A stretch of 57,412 nt of DNA, taken from the NCBI GenBank assembly GCA_025963485.1, contig JAOQAO010000265.1:1-57412 (forward strand), written 5' to 3'. This DNA is from Bacteroidota bacterium (GTDB lineage Bacteria; Bacteroidota; Bacteroidia; Chitinophagales; LD1). The position numbers and the translations under genes were made by a program. Positions 1-10,645 of the stretch are shown here, in pieces; within the stretch, counting starts at the first letter, position 1; each line of letters begins with the position of its first letter. The notes under the pieces are model-generated. The model did not search any database, had not been told where the DNA came from, and worked only from the letters and a program-made list of their open reading frames with translations.

Positions 1-197
1 TTTAATTAAACCTAATTTTTTTTTTTTTTATCCCTTAGCTTTGCTTGTGCCGAACAGCAAATTACCTCACCCCGCTCCTATTTGATTTGGAAAATCGGAG
101 CGACCCTCTCCAATTATTTGGAGCGGGGTGAGGTAATTGGCTGTTCGGCACTCGCAACGCTAAGGGATAACACATACATAAATGAGGTTTAATTAAA
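1..197. repeat. Long nested inverted repeat (REPIN/MITE-like) with a REP-like core
   Basis: Complementary arm pairs: 1-13/185-197, 28-39/159-170, 47-58/140-151, 60-78/120-138. May extend beyond the window start. Confidence 0.85.
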
Positions 198-287
198 CCC
201 TTAAGTTGACGCGTATGCCATTGCATGGAGAGGGTGATAATCATCTAGTGGTTTTATTTACTTTAGCTTTTGTATTAAACCAAAGCT

Positions 288-887
288 ATGCAGGCATTTG
301 ATCTCACTAAGGACTATATACTGGAAGATGAGCGTGTACTCTTGCGTCCGCTACTAACAGATGATATAGAGTACCTCGTCAATTTCTCGATCACCCAACC
401 AGAGATATGGAAATACTCCCTTATACAAGCGGGTGGCGGACCAGAGAAGATGAAGAAATACCTGGATATAGCCATGCTGGGAAAGGCTAATCTGAAGGAG
501 TATCCATTTATTGTCTTCGACAAAAAGGCACAGAAATATGCGGGGTCTACACGATTCTATGATATTCAATTGGAGAATCAGGCTTTGCAGCTGGGATATA
601 CCTGGTATGGTAAAGAGTTTCAGGGAACGGGGTTGAATAAGCATTGCAAATTTTTGTTGTTGCAGTTTGCTTTTGAGCAGATGGAGATGCATAGGGTAGA
701 GTTTCGTGCAGATCATAATAATGCGAAGAGTATTGCTGCTATGAAAAGTATAGGCTGTGTAGTAGAAGGTTTCCTACGCGAGAATGTGCCTAATCCGGAT
801 GGGTCGCGGAGGACGAGTATCATACTGAGTATCCTGAGGCAGGAGTGGGATGGTGGGGTGAAGGATAGGCTGAGGGAGAGACTTTAA
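288..887 (+). CDS. GNAT N-acetyltransferase, RimJ/RimL family
   Basis: 199 aa; LGYTWY..FQGTG acetyl-CoA loop; RVEF..D..N.KSIAAM..IGCVVEG.LR. Confidence 0.9.
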   Translation: MQAFDLTKDYILEDERVLLRPLLTDDIEYLVNFSITQPEIWKYSLIQAGGGPEKMKKYLDIAMLGKANLKEYPFIVFDKKAQKYAGSTRFYDIQLENQALQLGYTWYGKEFQGTGLNKHCKFLLLQFAFEQMEMHRVEFRADHNNAKSIAAMKSIGCVVEGFLRENVPNPDGSRRTSIILSILRQEWDGGVKDRLRERL

Positions 888-990
888 TACAAGTATCACA
901 GAGGACACGGAGGATTGAGGTAATACAATAGAGGACACAGAGAAGCAGAGGGTTCTTGGTCAGCGACCAACAACAGCACTAACAAATATT

Positions 991-1221
991 ATGAACCCAT
1001 TAGCATATATTATTTCGCTCCTTATAGGATGGCCTTATATGAAATTGCGCTACCGCAATAAGATTGAAAGAGATAGGGTTTTGAGAGAAGATTTCGATGG
1101 CAGATATGCAAATGCAGGGTTTGATGTGCTGGTAAGATTTATTTTCCTAATAATGATAGTTGGAGTATCATGCCTTATATTCGTCACGCTCTATCGCGTT
1201 TTTATCAAAGGAGATAAGTAA
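991..1221 (+). CDS. Small membrane protein, hypothetical
   Basis: 76 aa with two hydrophobic segments; fills the gap between neighbouring genes. Confidence 0.6.
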   Translation: MNPLAYIISLLIGWPYMKLRYRNKIERDRVLREDFDGRYANAGFDVLVRFIFLIMIVGVSCLIFVTLYRVFIKGDK

Positions 1222-1224
1222 GCT

Positions 1225-1941
1225 TTATTTAAAATCCTTCTGCACTTTCTCATAGTCTTCGGGAATGCCGATGTCTATGAAGTAGCTGTCAAATTCTTTG
1301 GCGTGAAAGTGGAGTGGCAGCAAGTGTTTTTCGAGGATGTCTTTTTCGAAAGAGAATTTCTGTAGTAATGGCTGGCCCTCGATCATCTCTGCTTTTTTGA
1401 AAAGGTCTTTGCGAAGGATGTAGGCTCCGCCATTGATGAGGCCTTCGGTACGCTGCTGCTTCTCGTGAAATTGAAGTACACGATCGCAATTGCCGACCTC
1501 TACGGTGCCGTAACGGTCGAAGTCATGCATCCGCTTCAACGCAAGGGCAATATCAGCGTTATGCTCGTGACAGAAATCGCGCAGCTCGGAGAGGTTGATG
1601 TCGAAAAAGGTATCGCCATTGAGTACAATGGCATCGGAATCTACCATAGCCATGGCCTGTGCTATACCACCTCCCGTGCCTAGCGGCTCTTCTTCTACAG
1701 AGTATGTGATATTGATACGATTGTATTTTTCGCCGAAGAAGTTTTTGATCGCTTCGGACCTGTAACCGACGGAAAGTACTACATCAGTGATACCCTGACG
1801 ATGCAGGTATAAAAATAAATAATGGAGGAAGGGGAAACCGTTGACCGGGGCCATAGGCTTGGGCAGGTCGCTGATGACGGAGCGGAGGCGTGTGCCTAAT
1901 CCTCCTGCCAATATTATCGCCGGTAGTCCTAGTTGTCCCAT
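1225..1941 (-). CDS. hddC: Sugar-phosphate nucleotidyltransferase, likely D-glycero-D-manno-heptose 1-phosphate guanylyltransferase
   Basis: ILAGGLGTRL, PKPM, EEEPLGTGG, NGDT and FIDIGIPEDY motifs; lies directly downstream of gmhA. Confidence 0.8.
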   Translation of the reverse strand: MGQLGLPAIILAGGLGTRLRSVISDLPKPMAPVNGFPFLHYLFLYLHRQGITDVVLSVGYRSEAIKNFFGEKYNRINITYSVEEEPLGTGGGIAQAMAMVDSDAIVLNGDTFFDINLSELRDFCHEHNADIALALKRMHDFDRYGTVEVGNCDRVLQFHEKQQRTEGLINGGAYILRKDLFKKAEMIEGQPLLQKFSFEKDILEKHLLPLHFHAKEFDSYFIDIGIPEDYEKVQKDFK

Positions 1942-1984
1942 TATGCCGATTTGATTTTCATGTTCCCAAGCTTAGTCCTTAAAA

Positions 1985-2033
1985 TCCTCACCCATCTGCC
2001 TTCGGCATCTTCCCTCTCCCAAGGAGAGGGAAG
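1985..2033. repeat. REP-like palindrome (CCTCACC...CCCTCTCCnAAGGAGAGGG family)
   Basis: cttccctctcc-caa-ggagagggaag hairpin; related copies near 2720, 4095, 10646 and 10691. Confidence 0.75.
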
Positions 2034-2090
2034 AACCTGCTGGGCTTCCTTTATGTTTAATTGTTTTTAATTATTACTCCTATTCTTTTA

Positions 2091-2663
2091 TTACATCATC
2101 ATTTCCTCCACGAGTTCACAGATGATGTGGCCGATCAGGATATGCGACTCCTGGATGCGTGGGGTGTCTTTGCTGGGGACGTTGAATAAATAATCTGCTG
2201 AGTCTTTCATCTTGCCACCTGTCTCGCCGGTAAGGGATACGACGATCATGCCGCGCCTTTTTGCTTCTTCCTGTGCGAGGATGATGTTTTTGGAATTGCC
2301 CGAGGTAGAGATGCCAAAGAGGACATCACCTTTGCGGCCTTGTGCCTTGATCATACGCTCGTAGACCTGATCGTAGGAGTAGTCATTAGCCACGGCAGTG
2401 AGGAACGACGTATTGACGTGGAGGGCCTCAGCCGGCAGGGGTTCACGATCGTGATAGAAGCGGCCGGTGAACTCTGCTGCGAGATGTTGCGCGTCTGCTG
2501 CACTACCGCCATTGCCACAGAAATATACGCGGCTGCCGTCCTTGAAGCGCTCGGCTACTTTTTCGGCGACCTCTTTGATGCGGGATATCATGGGGGCATC
2601 GGTGAGGATGATGCTTTTGACATCTATCGATGCCTTTATGATGGAAGCTATTTTGTCAGTCAT
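2091..2663 (-). CDS. gmhA: D-sedoheptulose 7-phosphate isomerase
   Basis: CGNGGSAADAQHLAAE, ANDY, GISTSGNS and PRIQESHI motifs. Confidence 0.95.
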   Translation of the reverse strand: MTDKIASIIKASIDVKSIILTDAPMISRIKEVAEKVAERFKDGSRVYFCGNGGSAADAQHLAAEFTGRFYHDREPLPAEALHVNTSFLTAVANDYSYDQVYERMIKAQGRKGDVLFGISTSGNSKNIILAQEEAKRRGMIVVSLTGETGGKMKDSADYLFNVPSKDTPRIQESHILIGHIICELVEEMMM

Positions 2664-2668
2664 GAAGT

Positions 2669-2705
2669 AGTATTAAGTAGTTAGTATTAAGTATTAAGTA
2701 TTAAG
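2669..2705. repeat. Heptamer tandem repeat (AGTATTA x5, one variant)
   Basis: agtatta agtagtt agtatta agtatta agtatta ag. Confidence 0.8.
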
Positions 2706-2719
2706 ATAACAGCCGATTG

Positions 2720-2762
2720 TCCTCACCCCAACCCCTCTCCCAAGGAGATGGGCTAAATACAA
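2720..2762. repeat. REP-like palindrome
   Basis: tcctcaccccaacccctctcccaaggagatgggctaaatacaa. Confidence 0.75.
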
Positions 2763-2772
2763 TTGCATTGGC

Positions 2773-3981
2773 TTATACTCTTTCAATTATAGTAGCAACA
2801 CCCATGCCACCTCCCACGCAAAGGGTGATGAGGCCGGTTGATTTACCTCTTCTCTCCAGTTCGTCGAGGACGGTGCTGAGGAGGATGGATCCTGTGGCGC
2901 CGAGCGGGTGCCCCATCGCGATGGCGCCACCATTGACATTGAGGATGGAGTCATCGATGTCCATGCTGCGCTGGAACTTCAGCACAGCTGATGCAAATGC
3001 CTCATTCATCTCGTAGATATCGATATCTTTCTTGTTCATACCAGCGATCTTCAGCGCTTTCTCAGCTGCGAATGAAGGGCCAGTGAGCATAATAGTAGGC
3101 TCAGCAGAAGTCACAGCGGCAGATACGATACGGGCGCGGGCCTTGAGGCCGAGCTTCTCTCCCATTTCTTTGGAACCCACGAGTGTAAGGGCTGCGCCGT
3201 CTACGATGCCGGATGAGTTACCCGGTGTGTGGACGTGGTTTATTTTTTCTACAGAGGTGTATTTGAGTTGTGCGACTGCGTCGAAACCAAACTCGCCCAT
3301 CATCTCAAATGAGGGAGACAGTTTGGCGAGGCCCTCCATGCTTGCATCTTCGCGGATGGTCTCCTCGTGGTCGAGGATGGTGAGGCCATTCTGATCAAGT
3401 ACAGGTATGACCGATTTTTTGAAGTAGCCGTTCTTTTGTGCCAGCGCTGCGAGCCTGTGTGAACGGAGAGCATAGTTGTCTACTGTCTCACGTGTGAAAC
3501 CTTCTATGGTGGCGATGAGATCAGCGCTCACACCCTGAGGGATAAAGCCGAGTGTAGAGTTGACCATCGGGTCGAGGTACCAAGCGCCGCCGTCGCTGCC
3601 CATGGCATTGCGCGACATAGACTCGATACCACCGGCTACAACGAGCTGTTCCCAGCCTGAGCGCACTTTCATCGCTGCGAGGTTGATCGCTTCGAGGCCG
3701 GATGAGCAGAACCTATTGATTTGCATACCAGATACGATCTGGTCCCAACCTGCATAGACATGGGCGAATTTTGCAATATCGCCACCTTGCTCTCCGATAG
3801 GTGTCACACAACCGAGGACAACGTCGTCGACCTGAGATGTATCAAAGTTATTATTGCGCTCGCTGATCGCTTTGAATAGCGTCGCCAATAGGTCAATTGG
3901 TTTTACTTCATGGAGTGAGCCATTCTTTTTGCCCCTGCCCCTCGGTGTACGCACCGAATCGAATATATAAGCCTCTTTCAT
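2773..3981 (-). CDS. Acetyl-CoA C-acyltransferase (thiolase)
   Basis: [20 protein letters not shown] and CVGGG motifs. Confidence 0.95.
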   Translation of the reverse strand: MKEAYIFDSVRTPRGRGKKNGSLHEVKPIDLLATLFKAISERNNNFDTSQVDDVVLGCVTPIGEQGGDIAKFAHVYAGWDQIVSGMQINRFCSSGLEAINLAAMKVRSGWEQLVVAGGIESMSRNAMGSDGGAWYLDPMVNSTLGFIPQGVSADLIATIEGFTRETVDNYALRSHRLAALAQKNGYFKKSVIPVLDQNGLTILDHEETIREDASMEGLAKLSPSFEMMGEFGFDAVAQLKYTSVEKINHVHTPGNSSGIVDGAALTLVGSKEMGEKLGLKARARIVSAAVTSAEPTIMLTGPSFAAEKALKIAGMNKKDIDIYEMNEAFASAVLKFQRSMDIDDSILNVNGGAIAMGHPLGATGSILLSTVLDELERRGKSTGLITLCVGGGMGVATIIERV

Positions 3982-4094
3982 TATTTATTACAATTTAATG
4001 GTTGTTTTAGCCGTTTGAATGACTGTAAATGTAAAAATTTTTGTTGTTTGGTGTTGTGTTTTGGGGATGAGGGTATTAGCTTAGACCTATGGCT

Positions 4095-4132
4095 GCCCAT
4101 CCAACCTTCCCAAAGGGGAGGCTTTAATACAA
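4095..4132. repeat. Degenerate REP-like palindrome
   Basis: gcccatccaaccttcccaaaggggaggctttaatacaa resembles the copies at 10646-10733. Confidence 0.6.
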
Positions 4133-4225
4133 ATCAGGCTTATATAGTAGTTTTGCGTGAAGGGTTGGCACAGATGTTGACTTATTGTACTTTCTTTAAA
4201 AACCTGAACCTTCAAACCAGTTTTT

Positions 4226-6697
4226 ATGACAAAATATCATGATGGCTTTATGTCGCAGCCGATGGGCGAAGATGATGTAGAGTTTCTACCTATACTACCG
4301 GACGATGAGGACCCGCAGGCCAAGAGTGGCGACATTCCTAAGGAATTACCGTTGCTGCCGCTTCGCAATACAATTTTGTTTCCGGGTGTGGTCTTACCTA
4401 TTACTATTAGCCGTGACAAGTCGATACTGGCTGTCAAAGAGGCATATAAAAAGGATAAGCTCATCTGCGTGGTCGGACAGATTGACCCGAATGTAGAGGA
4501 GCCGGAGTTTGACCATGTATATAAAATAGGCACCGTGGCGCAGATCCTGCGCATGATCAAGATGCCCGACGGATCGAATACTGCGATCATACAGGGACGG
4601 AACCGCTTTGTGGTGAAAGAACTCGTATCGTCTGAGCCATATATGCGTGTGAAGATCGAGCTGCTGAAAGATGCCACACCGACGAATGATAAAGAATTTG
4701 AAGCAGAGGTGTCGACGATCAAGGACCTGGCATCGAGCATCGTGAAGCTGAATCCGCAGATACCATCAGAGGCTGGTATTATGATCAAGAATATCTCCAA
4801 TCCGATCACCCTGACACACTTCATCTCTTCTAATCTCAATATTGAAACGGCGCAAAAACAGGCGTTGCTCGAGATAGAGAATATGAAGGACCGCGCCAAG
4901 ATGATGCTGAAGCACCTCAATACAGAGCTGCAGATGCTGGAGATGAAAAACCAGATACAAACAAAAGTCAGGGCTGATATAGATAAACAACAACGCGAAT
5001 ACTTCCTCAACCAGCAACTCCGGACCATACAGGAAGAACTCGGGATGAACTCTCCGGACAAGGATATACAGCGCCTGCGCGATAAGGCTGCTCAGCTAAA
5101 ACTGCCGCTCAATGTGAAGACGGCAACAGATAAGGAACTCGAAAAACTACAGCGCATGAATCCCGCTGCTGCAGAGTACTCTGTGGTGATGAACTATGTG
5201 GAGCTGCTGCTCGACCTGCCGTGGGGGATCTATACCACGGATTCATTTGACCTCAAAAAGACGAAGCAGATACTGGATAAGGACCACTATGGTATAGATA
5301 AAGTGAAAGAGCGTATCATAGAGTACCTCGCAGTACTGAAACTGAAAGGCGATATGAAGTCGCCGATCCTCTGCCTCGTGGGACCTCCGGGCGTGGGCAA
5401 GACTTCTCTAGGACAATCCATAGCAAAGGCGCTGAATAGAAAATACGTACGTATCTCCCTGGGCGGCCTGCATGATGAAGCAGAAATACGCGGACACCGC
5501 AAAACGTACATCGGCGCGATGCCGGGACGCATCATACAGTCGCTGAAGAAGGCCGGATCGAGTAATCCGGTGACAATCCTGGATGAAATAGATAAGGTGG
5601 GTGCGGACTTCAAGGGTGACCCATCTTCAGCGCTGCTCGAAGTGCTGGACCCGGAGCAAAATTCTGCTTTCTATGATAACTATATAGAGTTGGAATATGA
5701 CCTGTCGAAGGTGTTGTTTATCGCTACGGCGAACTCGCTGGGGACCATACAACCTGCGCTGCGCGACAGGATGGAGATCATACCGCTGGAAGGATACTCG
5801 ATAGAAGAAAAAGTGCAGATCGCCAAAAAGCACCTCGTGCCAAGGCAGATCGCCAATCACGGTATCAAAGCAAAAGATGTCAACCTGAGCGATAAAGTGC
5901 TCGAAACGATCATAGAAGAATACACCAAAGAATCAGGCGTACGCGAACTCGATCGCGTACTGGCTGCTATCATGCGACGTGTGGCGAAACATATCGCTAT
6001 CGAAGATCCGTATGACAAGACGATCAGCGCAGATGAAGTACATGATATACTGGGACCTGAGAAATTTGATAAGAGCCTGTATACAGAGGAGCATATACCG
6101 GGGGTCGCTGTCGGACTGGCCTGGACGCCGGTGGGGGGTGATATACTATTCATCGAAGCTACACTGAGTAAGGGTAATGGTGGGCTGACGCTCACCGGAA
6201 ATCTCGGCGATGTGATGAAAGAATCTGCTACAACTGCGATGACATTCCTCAAAGCCAATGCGGAAAAATATGGCATCAATTCGGATCTGTTCGCGAAGGT
6301 GAATGTTCATTTGCACTTCCCCGAAGGGGCGGTGCCTAAGGATGGACCAAGTGCCGGTATCACGATACTGACAGCGCTGGCGTCGCTCTTTACACAGAAG
6401 CGGGTGAAGCCCTTTATGGCGATGACCGGTGAGATCACGCTACGCGGCAAGGTGATGCCTGTCGGTGGTATCAAGGAAAAAATACTGGCGGCGAAGCGCG
6501 CCGGCATCAAGGATATCATCATCGGTGAGAATAACCACAAGCATGTGGATGAGATCGAGAAGTCATATATCAGGGGATTGAAGTTTCACTACGTGAAGAA
6601 TATGGATGAGGTGCTGCAAAATGCGCTGATGCCGGTGAGGGAGAAGAATGGGGTGGATATGGAGGCTTTTCTGAAGACAAAGGAGAAGGCTGTCTAA
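4226..6697 (+). CDS. lon: ATP-dependent Lon protease
   Basis: N-terminal LPLRN domain; Walker A GPPGVGKT; Walker B ILDEIDK; catalytic PKDGPSAG and GGIKEK. Confidence 0.98.
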   Translation: MTKYHDGFMSQPMGEDDVEFLPILPDDEDPQAKSGDIPKELPLLPLRNTILFPGVVLPITISRDKSILAVKEAYKKDKLICVVGQIDPNVEEPEFDHVYKIGTVAQILRMIKMPDGSNTAIIQGRNRFVVKELVSSEPYMRVKIELLKDATPTNDKEFEAEVSTIKDLASSIVKLNPQIPSEAGIMIKNISNPITLTHFISSNLNIETAQKQALLEIENMKDRAKMMLKHLNTELQMLEMKNQIQTKVRADIDKQQREYFLNQQLRTIQEELGMNSPDKDIQRLRDKAAQLKLPLNVKTATDKELEKLQRMNPAAAEYSVVMNYVELLLDLPWGIYTTDSFDLKKTKQILDKDHYGIDKVKERIIEYLAVLKLKGDMKSPILCLVGPPGVGKTSLGQSIAKALNRKYVRISLGGLHDEAEIRGHRKTYIGAMPGRIIQSLKKAGSSNPVTILDEIDKVGADFKGDPSSALLEVLDPEQNSAFYDNYIELEYDLSKVLFIATANSLGTIQPALRDRMEIIPLEGYSIEEKVQIAKKHLVPRQIANHGIKAKDVNLSDKVLETIIEEYTKESGVRELDRVLAAIMRRVAKHIAIEDPYDKTISADEVHDILGPEKFDKSLYTEEHIPGVAVGLAWTPVGGDILFIEATLSKGNGGLTLTGNLGDVMKESATTAMTFLKANAEKYGINSDLFAKVNVHLHFPEGAVPKDGPSAGITILTALASLFTQKRVKPFMAMTGEITLRGKVMPVGGIKEKILAAKRAGIKDIIIGENNHKHVDEIEKSYIRGLKFHYVKNMDEVLQNALMPVREKNGVDMEAFLKTKEKAV

Positions 6698-6868
6698 CTA
6701 CGGAAAATACATTTCACACGAAGACCACAAAGAAATTGCATAAGGAAAGCATATAAGCGCACAAAGCCAAGAATACAAATCATTTCTCGCAAAAACGCAA
6801 AAGAATATGATAGCGTTGGTGCTGAAGCTCCGTTAAACTCCAGCAACTGCGGAAACTCTTCCTGCGTC

Positions 6869-7420
6869 TCATAAATTCATGAAATTAGAGATCCCTATTC
6901 GAAAGACTATTTTACCACCAGAGCCACTTGTCAAATAGCTTTGTATCACTTCTTTCCTTCCTTCCCCATTTTGTTTATACTCAATGCTAATAGAACAATC
7001 GCCTTTGATCGTTATCCATTCCGTGGTGCTTTCTCCCGGAGCCAGATGATCAATGGTTTTGGATTCGCAGCCGGTGATCTTTATATCGGTAAGGGTGACC
7101 GGCTTTTCATTGATAAATGTAACGCGCATAGTATCCAATAATATTACAAAAACCCATATATACAAGACTACAACAGGGATATTAAGAAGCAATATCCCAA
7201 CGGAAGAAAGCACATTTCTCCACTGGTCACGGTACCAATAGAGACTCGCTATCAACACTAGCACAAACAGTAAATTGATAATACCTGCGACCACTATATA
7301 ATATAAGCCGACTATCATCGCGGGAGAATGGGGAACGAAAAAATTCCAAAGAAAAATGCCTGTGCCTAAAAGAAATGAGAACAGCGCGAGCATTTTGGAT
7401 ATAAAAAAGAATTTAGACAT
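6869..7420 (-). CDS. Hypothetical membrane protein
   Basis: 183 aa; three N-terminal hydrophobic segments and a beta-rich C-terminal domain. Confidence 0.75.
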   Translation of the reverse strand: MSKFFFISKMLALFSFLLGTGIFLWNFFVPHSPAMIVGLYYIVVAGIINLLFVLVLIASLYWYRDQWRNVLSSVGILLLNIPVVVLYIWVFVILLDTMRVTFINEKPVTLTDIKITGCESKTIDHLAPGESTTEWITIKGDCSISIEYKQNGEGRKEVIQSYLTSGSGGKIVFRIGISNFMNL

Positions 7421-7603
7421 AAGGATGGGGATCTGTTTTCTGGTGTCGGAACTAAGACAAAGTCTAATCAGTCTTCAATATACGGAATACCTATAAGTCT
7501 ATTGTGTATGCCGGAAAATTTTCTAAAAAGTTTTAAAATATTTTGCCAAAAAAAACGAGCGTTTATAAATTTGTAATTAATGATTGTATAAAGCGTATCT
7601 AAA

Positions 7604-7728
7604 GGTGGTGGATACTTCGGCGGCGGAGGCAGAAGCAGCTATGCGGATACAAAGATCGCAAGCAATGTGACCATCAGCAGGGTGTAAATGAAGGGAATGG
7701 GAAAGTGGTGATATCGTTAACGAAGTGA
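7604..7728 (+). pseudogene. Remnant of the 3' end of a paralog of the glycine-rich gene at 7971-8765
   Basis: Reads GGGYFGGGGRSSYADTKIASNV/(frameshift)/HQQGVNEGNGKVVISLTK*, versus ..SSYADAKICTNVVHQQGVNEGNGKVVISWVK* in the intact gene. Confidence 0.85.
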
Positions 7729-7970
7729 GTGGACGACAGAAACAGCAAATGCATTAACCGCAGAGGCGGAGAGACGCTGGGAATACAAATTTATTTCTCG
7801 CAAAAACGCGAAAGTGCAAAGAAATACATAATGAGAAAGACCTGCTTTTGAACGGGCCCTTTTCGGGATGAAAAATTCGTTTGCAAAAATTGGGAGGTGG
7901 GATAAGGGGGTTATATATTCGTTGGTGTATCTTGCGGACATTGGATTTGAACATTAATTAAGCATAGTAA

Positions 7971-8765
7971 ATGAAACTAAAACTCAACCCGGTCTTTCTC
8001 TTTCTTTTTGTTTGCAGCAGTTTGTTTTTCTCCCATGATGCGTCGGCGCAGAAAGGTGCAGAGAAAAAAACAGGCGCTGATTCTGTGACGTTCAACTTCA
8101 AACCGGGACCGCAATTCTGGAAGGTACCGGAGGGGGTGACCGCCGTCCATGTCAATATATACGGCGCTCAAGGCGGCGGACCTAATGGCGGCAAAGGAGG
8201 ATGTGTGCAAAGCGATCTCAATGCAGCAGTGGGCACGAAGCTCGTGATCTATGTCGGTTCGCAGCCTACGGGTATCAATGGGGGTGAGAATGGCGGCGGA
8301 CAGGGTTGTGGCAAAGGTACTGGCGGCGGTGGCGCGTCTGATATCAGGATAGGCGGCACGAGCCTCAAATCGCGCACACTAGTCGCAGGCGGCGGTGGCG
8401 GATTTGGTTATGGTCCGAGCAGCGGTTTAGGCGGTGGCCTGACTGGTGGTGAGGGAACCTATAATAATAGCCCTGCGCATGTAGCGGGTGGTGGAACGCA
8501 GGAAGCGCCGGGTGCTGGTGCGAGGGCATATTTCGGCAAACCGGGTGTAGGCCCCGTGGGTGGCGACGCGGGTAACTCCAATGGTAAATGCACAAATGGC
8601 GCCATGGCAGGTGGTGGTGGCGGATATTACGGCGGCGGGGCCGGAGGTGGTGGAGGAGGCGGTGGCGGCAGCAGTTATGCGGATGCAAAGATCTGCACCA
8701 ACGTAGTACACCAGCAAGGTGTCAACGAAGGAAATGGTAAGGTGGTGATATCGTGGGTGAAGTAG
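7971..8765 (+). CDS. Secreted glycine-rich protein (ALK/LTK-like Gly-rich domain)
   Basis: Signal peptide; YGAQGG, GGGGASDIR, VAGGGGG, GGGGYYGGG, GGGGSSY and GNGKVVI motifs. Confidence 0.85.
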   Translation: MKLKLNPVFLFLFVCSSLFFSHDASAQKGAEKKTGADSVTFNFKPGPQFWKVPEGVTAVHVNIYGAQGGGPNGGKGGCVQSDLNAAVGTKLVIYVGSQPTGINGGENGGGQGCGKGTGGGGASDIRIGGTSLKSRTLVAGGGGGFGYGPSSGLGGGLTGGEGTYNNSPAHVAGGGTQEAPGAGARAYFGKPGVGPVGGDAGNSNGKCTNGAMAGGGGGYYGGGAGGGGGGGGGSSYADAKICTNVVHQQGVNEGNGKVVISWVK

Positions 8766-8830
8766 TTTTTATCGCTGAGACTGGAACGGTATTGATTTAT
8801 TATTAATTTTAGAATAATAAAACGAAAGCT

Positions 8831-9103
8831 ATGCCTAAATACCTGATCGAAAGAAATATACCTGGCGCGGGAAATCTTACCGCTGAACAACTAAAGGGAA
8901 TCTCACAAACTTCATGTGGAGTATTGAGTAATATGGGTCCCCGGATCCAGTGGGTACAAAGCTATGTCACGACCGATAAAATCTACTGCGTATATATAGC
9001 GCCGAATGAAGAAATGGTGCGCGAACATGCGAGCCAGGGAGGCTTCCCGGCAAATGTGGTCACGGAGATATCCACTACCATCGATCCGACGACCGCGGAG
9101 TGA
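8831..9103 (+). CDS. DUF4242 family protein
   Basis: MPKYLIER...WVQSYV..DKIYCVY.AP.EE.VREHA..GGFPA pattern. Confidence 0.85.
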   Translation: MPKYLIERNIPGAGNLTAEQLKGISQTSCGVLSNMGPRIQWVQSYVTTDKIYCVYIAPNEEMVREHASQGGFPANVVTEISTTIDPTTAE

Positions 9104-9274
9104 GGTGTTGACAGGGACAATATCGAAATCGTTAAAATTTATCTGACAAAGACGTTTGTTTTAAAATGAGGAACGTTCATTAGCTTTTGTAGCTAATTCT
9201 CTCCTTAAACAAAGTAAATTATATGCCGAAAGCTCCCTTGGCACCTTAATTGTACTTTACTATGTAATCAAAAA

Positions 9275-9730
9275 ATGTGGGTTATGAAATTGGTAGTTTT
9301 AATGGGAAGGATACTTTTTGCAAGTATTTTTCTGATGACTGCGAGGACGCATTTCTCGGGTCAGGCTGTGGCATATGCGAGCGCAGCGGGAGTACCGGAT
9401 GCTGCATGGCTGGTGCCGATATCAGGTGTTATCGCTATCCTCGGTGGATTGAGCATTATACTGGGATACAAGGCCAAAATAGGCGCCATACTGATCCTTA
9501 TATTCCTCATACCTGTGACATATTATATGCACGCCTTCTGGAAACAAACAGACCCGATGCAGATGCAAATGCAGATGGGCAATTTTATCAAAAACCTGTC
9601 GCTGATGGGTACGGCACTATTGATCGTGTATTTCGGTTCGGGGCCATGGAGCCTGGATGCGAAGCGTCCTCCCAAAATCACTGTGAAAGGCTTCATATCG
9701 GAGACGATGGTGGTGCATAAGCATCACTAA
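9275..9730 (+). CDS. DoxX family membrane protein
   Basis: GRILF, GGLSIILG, HAFW, FIKNLSLMG and GSGPWSLD motifs. Confidence 0.9.
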   Translation: MWVMKLVVLMGRILFASIFLMTARTHFSGQAVAYASAAGVPDAAWLVPISGVIAILGGLSIILGYKAKIGAILILIFLIPVTYYMHAFWKQTDPMQMQMQMGNFIKNLSLMGTALLIVYFGSGPWSLDAKRPPKITVKGFISETMVVHKHH

Positions 9731-9804
9731 ATTTAACGGGCTTTCAGTTGAAAAAGTTGGAATGGCATGGGCAAAATGTGTAACATTGAGGATCATCCCA
9801 TCCC

Positions 9805-10638
9805 ATGAAGAAGAGATATAAAGTCATCCTGGTCATAGCGGTACTACTGAGCCTGCCATATATGCTGCTTAATATGCGGATCAGTGATAAGGGGGCGGTA
9901 AGTGAGTTTAAGAAGAAAGGCATCCTATTGATGCCGCATACCCTGCATATCGGTAAGCATCACCTCCACTATGTATCTGTCGGCGCTGATACTTTGCCGA
10001 CGCTGGTCTTTGTCCATGGCAGCCCGGGATCGTGGTATGTGTTTAAGGACTACCTGATGGATGCAGCCCTGCGTAGCAAGTACCGTATGATAGCTATAGA
10101 CAGGCCTGGGTTCGGATATAGCGACTTCTCGGATGCGCTGCATATGGAGACACAGGCTGACATCATAGCATCTTTCATCGATAGTGTCAAGCGGGATAGG
10201 CCGCTTTACCTTATAGGTCATTCGCTGGGGGGTACGATAGTGCCGCTTGTAGCAGCCGAGCGTCCTGATGCAGTGACCGGTATAGTGGAACTGGCGGGTG
10301 CGCTGGACGCAACGACCGAACCGGCAGAGAAGTGGCGATCTTATTTTGTGGGTTTCCCTATGCGGTACCTGATGCCGGGTGCATTCCGTCCGAGCAATGA
10401 AGAAGAATGGTACTATAAGACTGACATGGTCCGGTTTAAAGATAAGCTACCTTTGGTCAGAGGGCTCGTCTATATCCTACATGCGGCAGATGATAATATC
10501 GTCGACGTATCCAATGCCGCCTATATGAAAAAGGCCTTCACAGGGGCACAGGTGACTGATACGATCTTCAAAGACGGAGGACACTTTATCCCATGGAATC
10601 ACAGGGAGTATGTGACGAAGTTGTTGATGGGGTTGTAA
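9805..10638 (+). CDS. Alpha/beta hydrolase
   Basis: HGSPG, DRPGFG, GHSLGG nucleophile elbow, C-terminal Asp and GGHFIP His. Confidence 0.92.
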   Translation: MKKRYKVILVIAVLLSLPYMLLNMRISDKGAVSEFKKKGILLMPHTLHIGKHHLHYVSVGADTLPTLVFVHGSPGSWYVFKDYLMDAALRSKYRMIAIDRPGFGYSDFSDALHMETQADIIASFIDSVKRDRPLYLIGHSLGGTIVPLVAAERPDAVTGIVELAGALDATTEPAEKWRSYFVGFPMRYLMPGAFRPSNEEEWYYKTDMVRFKDKLPLVRGLVYILHAADDNIVDVSNAAYMKKAFTGAQVTDTIFKDGGHFIPWNHREYVTKLLMGL

Positions 10639-10645
10639 CAGCCGG

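Noticed and set aside
62..244. 60-aa minus-strand ORF
   Set aside because: Lies across the long palindrome and has no protein features.
4237..5061. 274-aa minus-strand ORF and similar long antisense ORFs (33618-34229, 49687-50544)
   Set aside because: They overlap well-supported genes on the opposite strand and carry no motifs.
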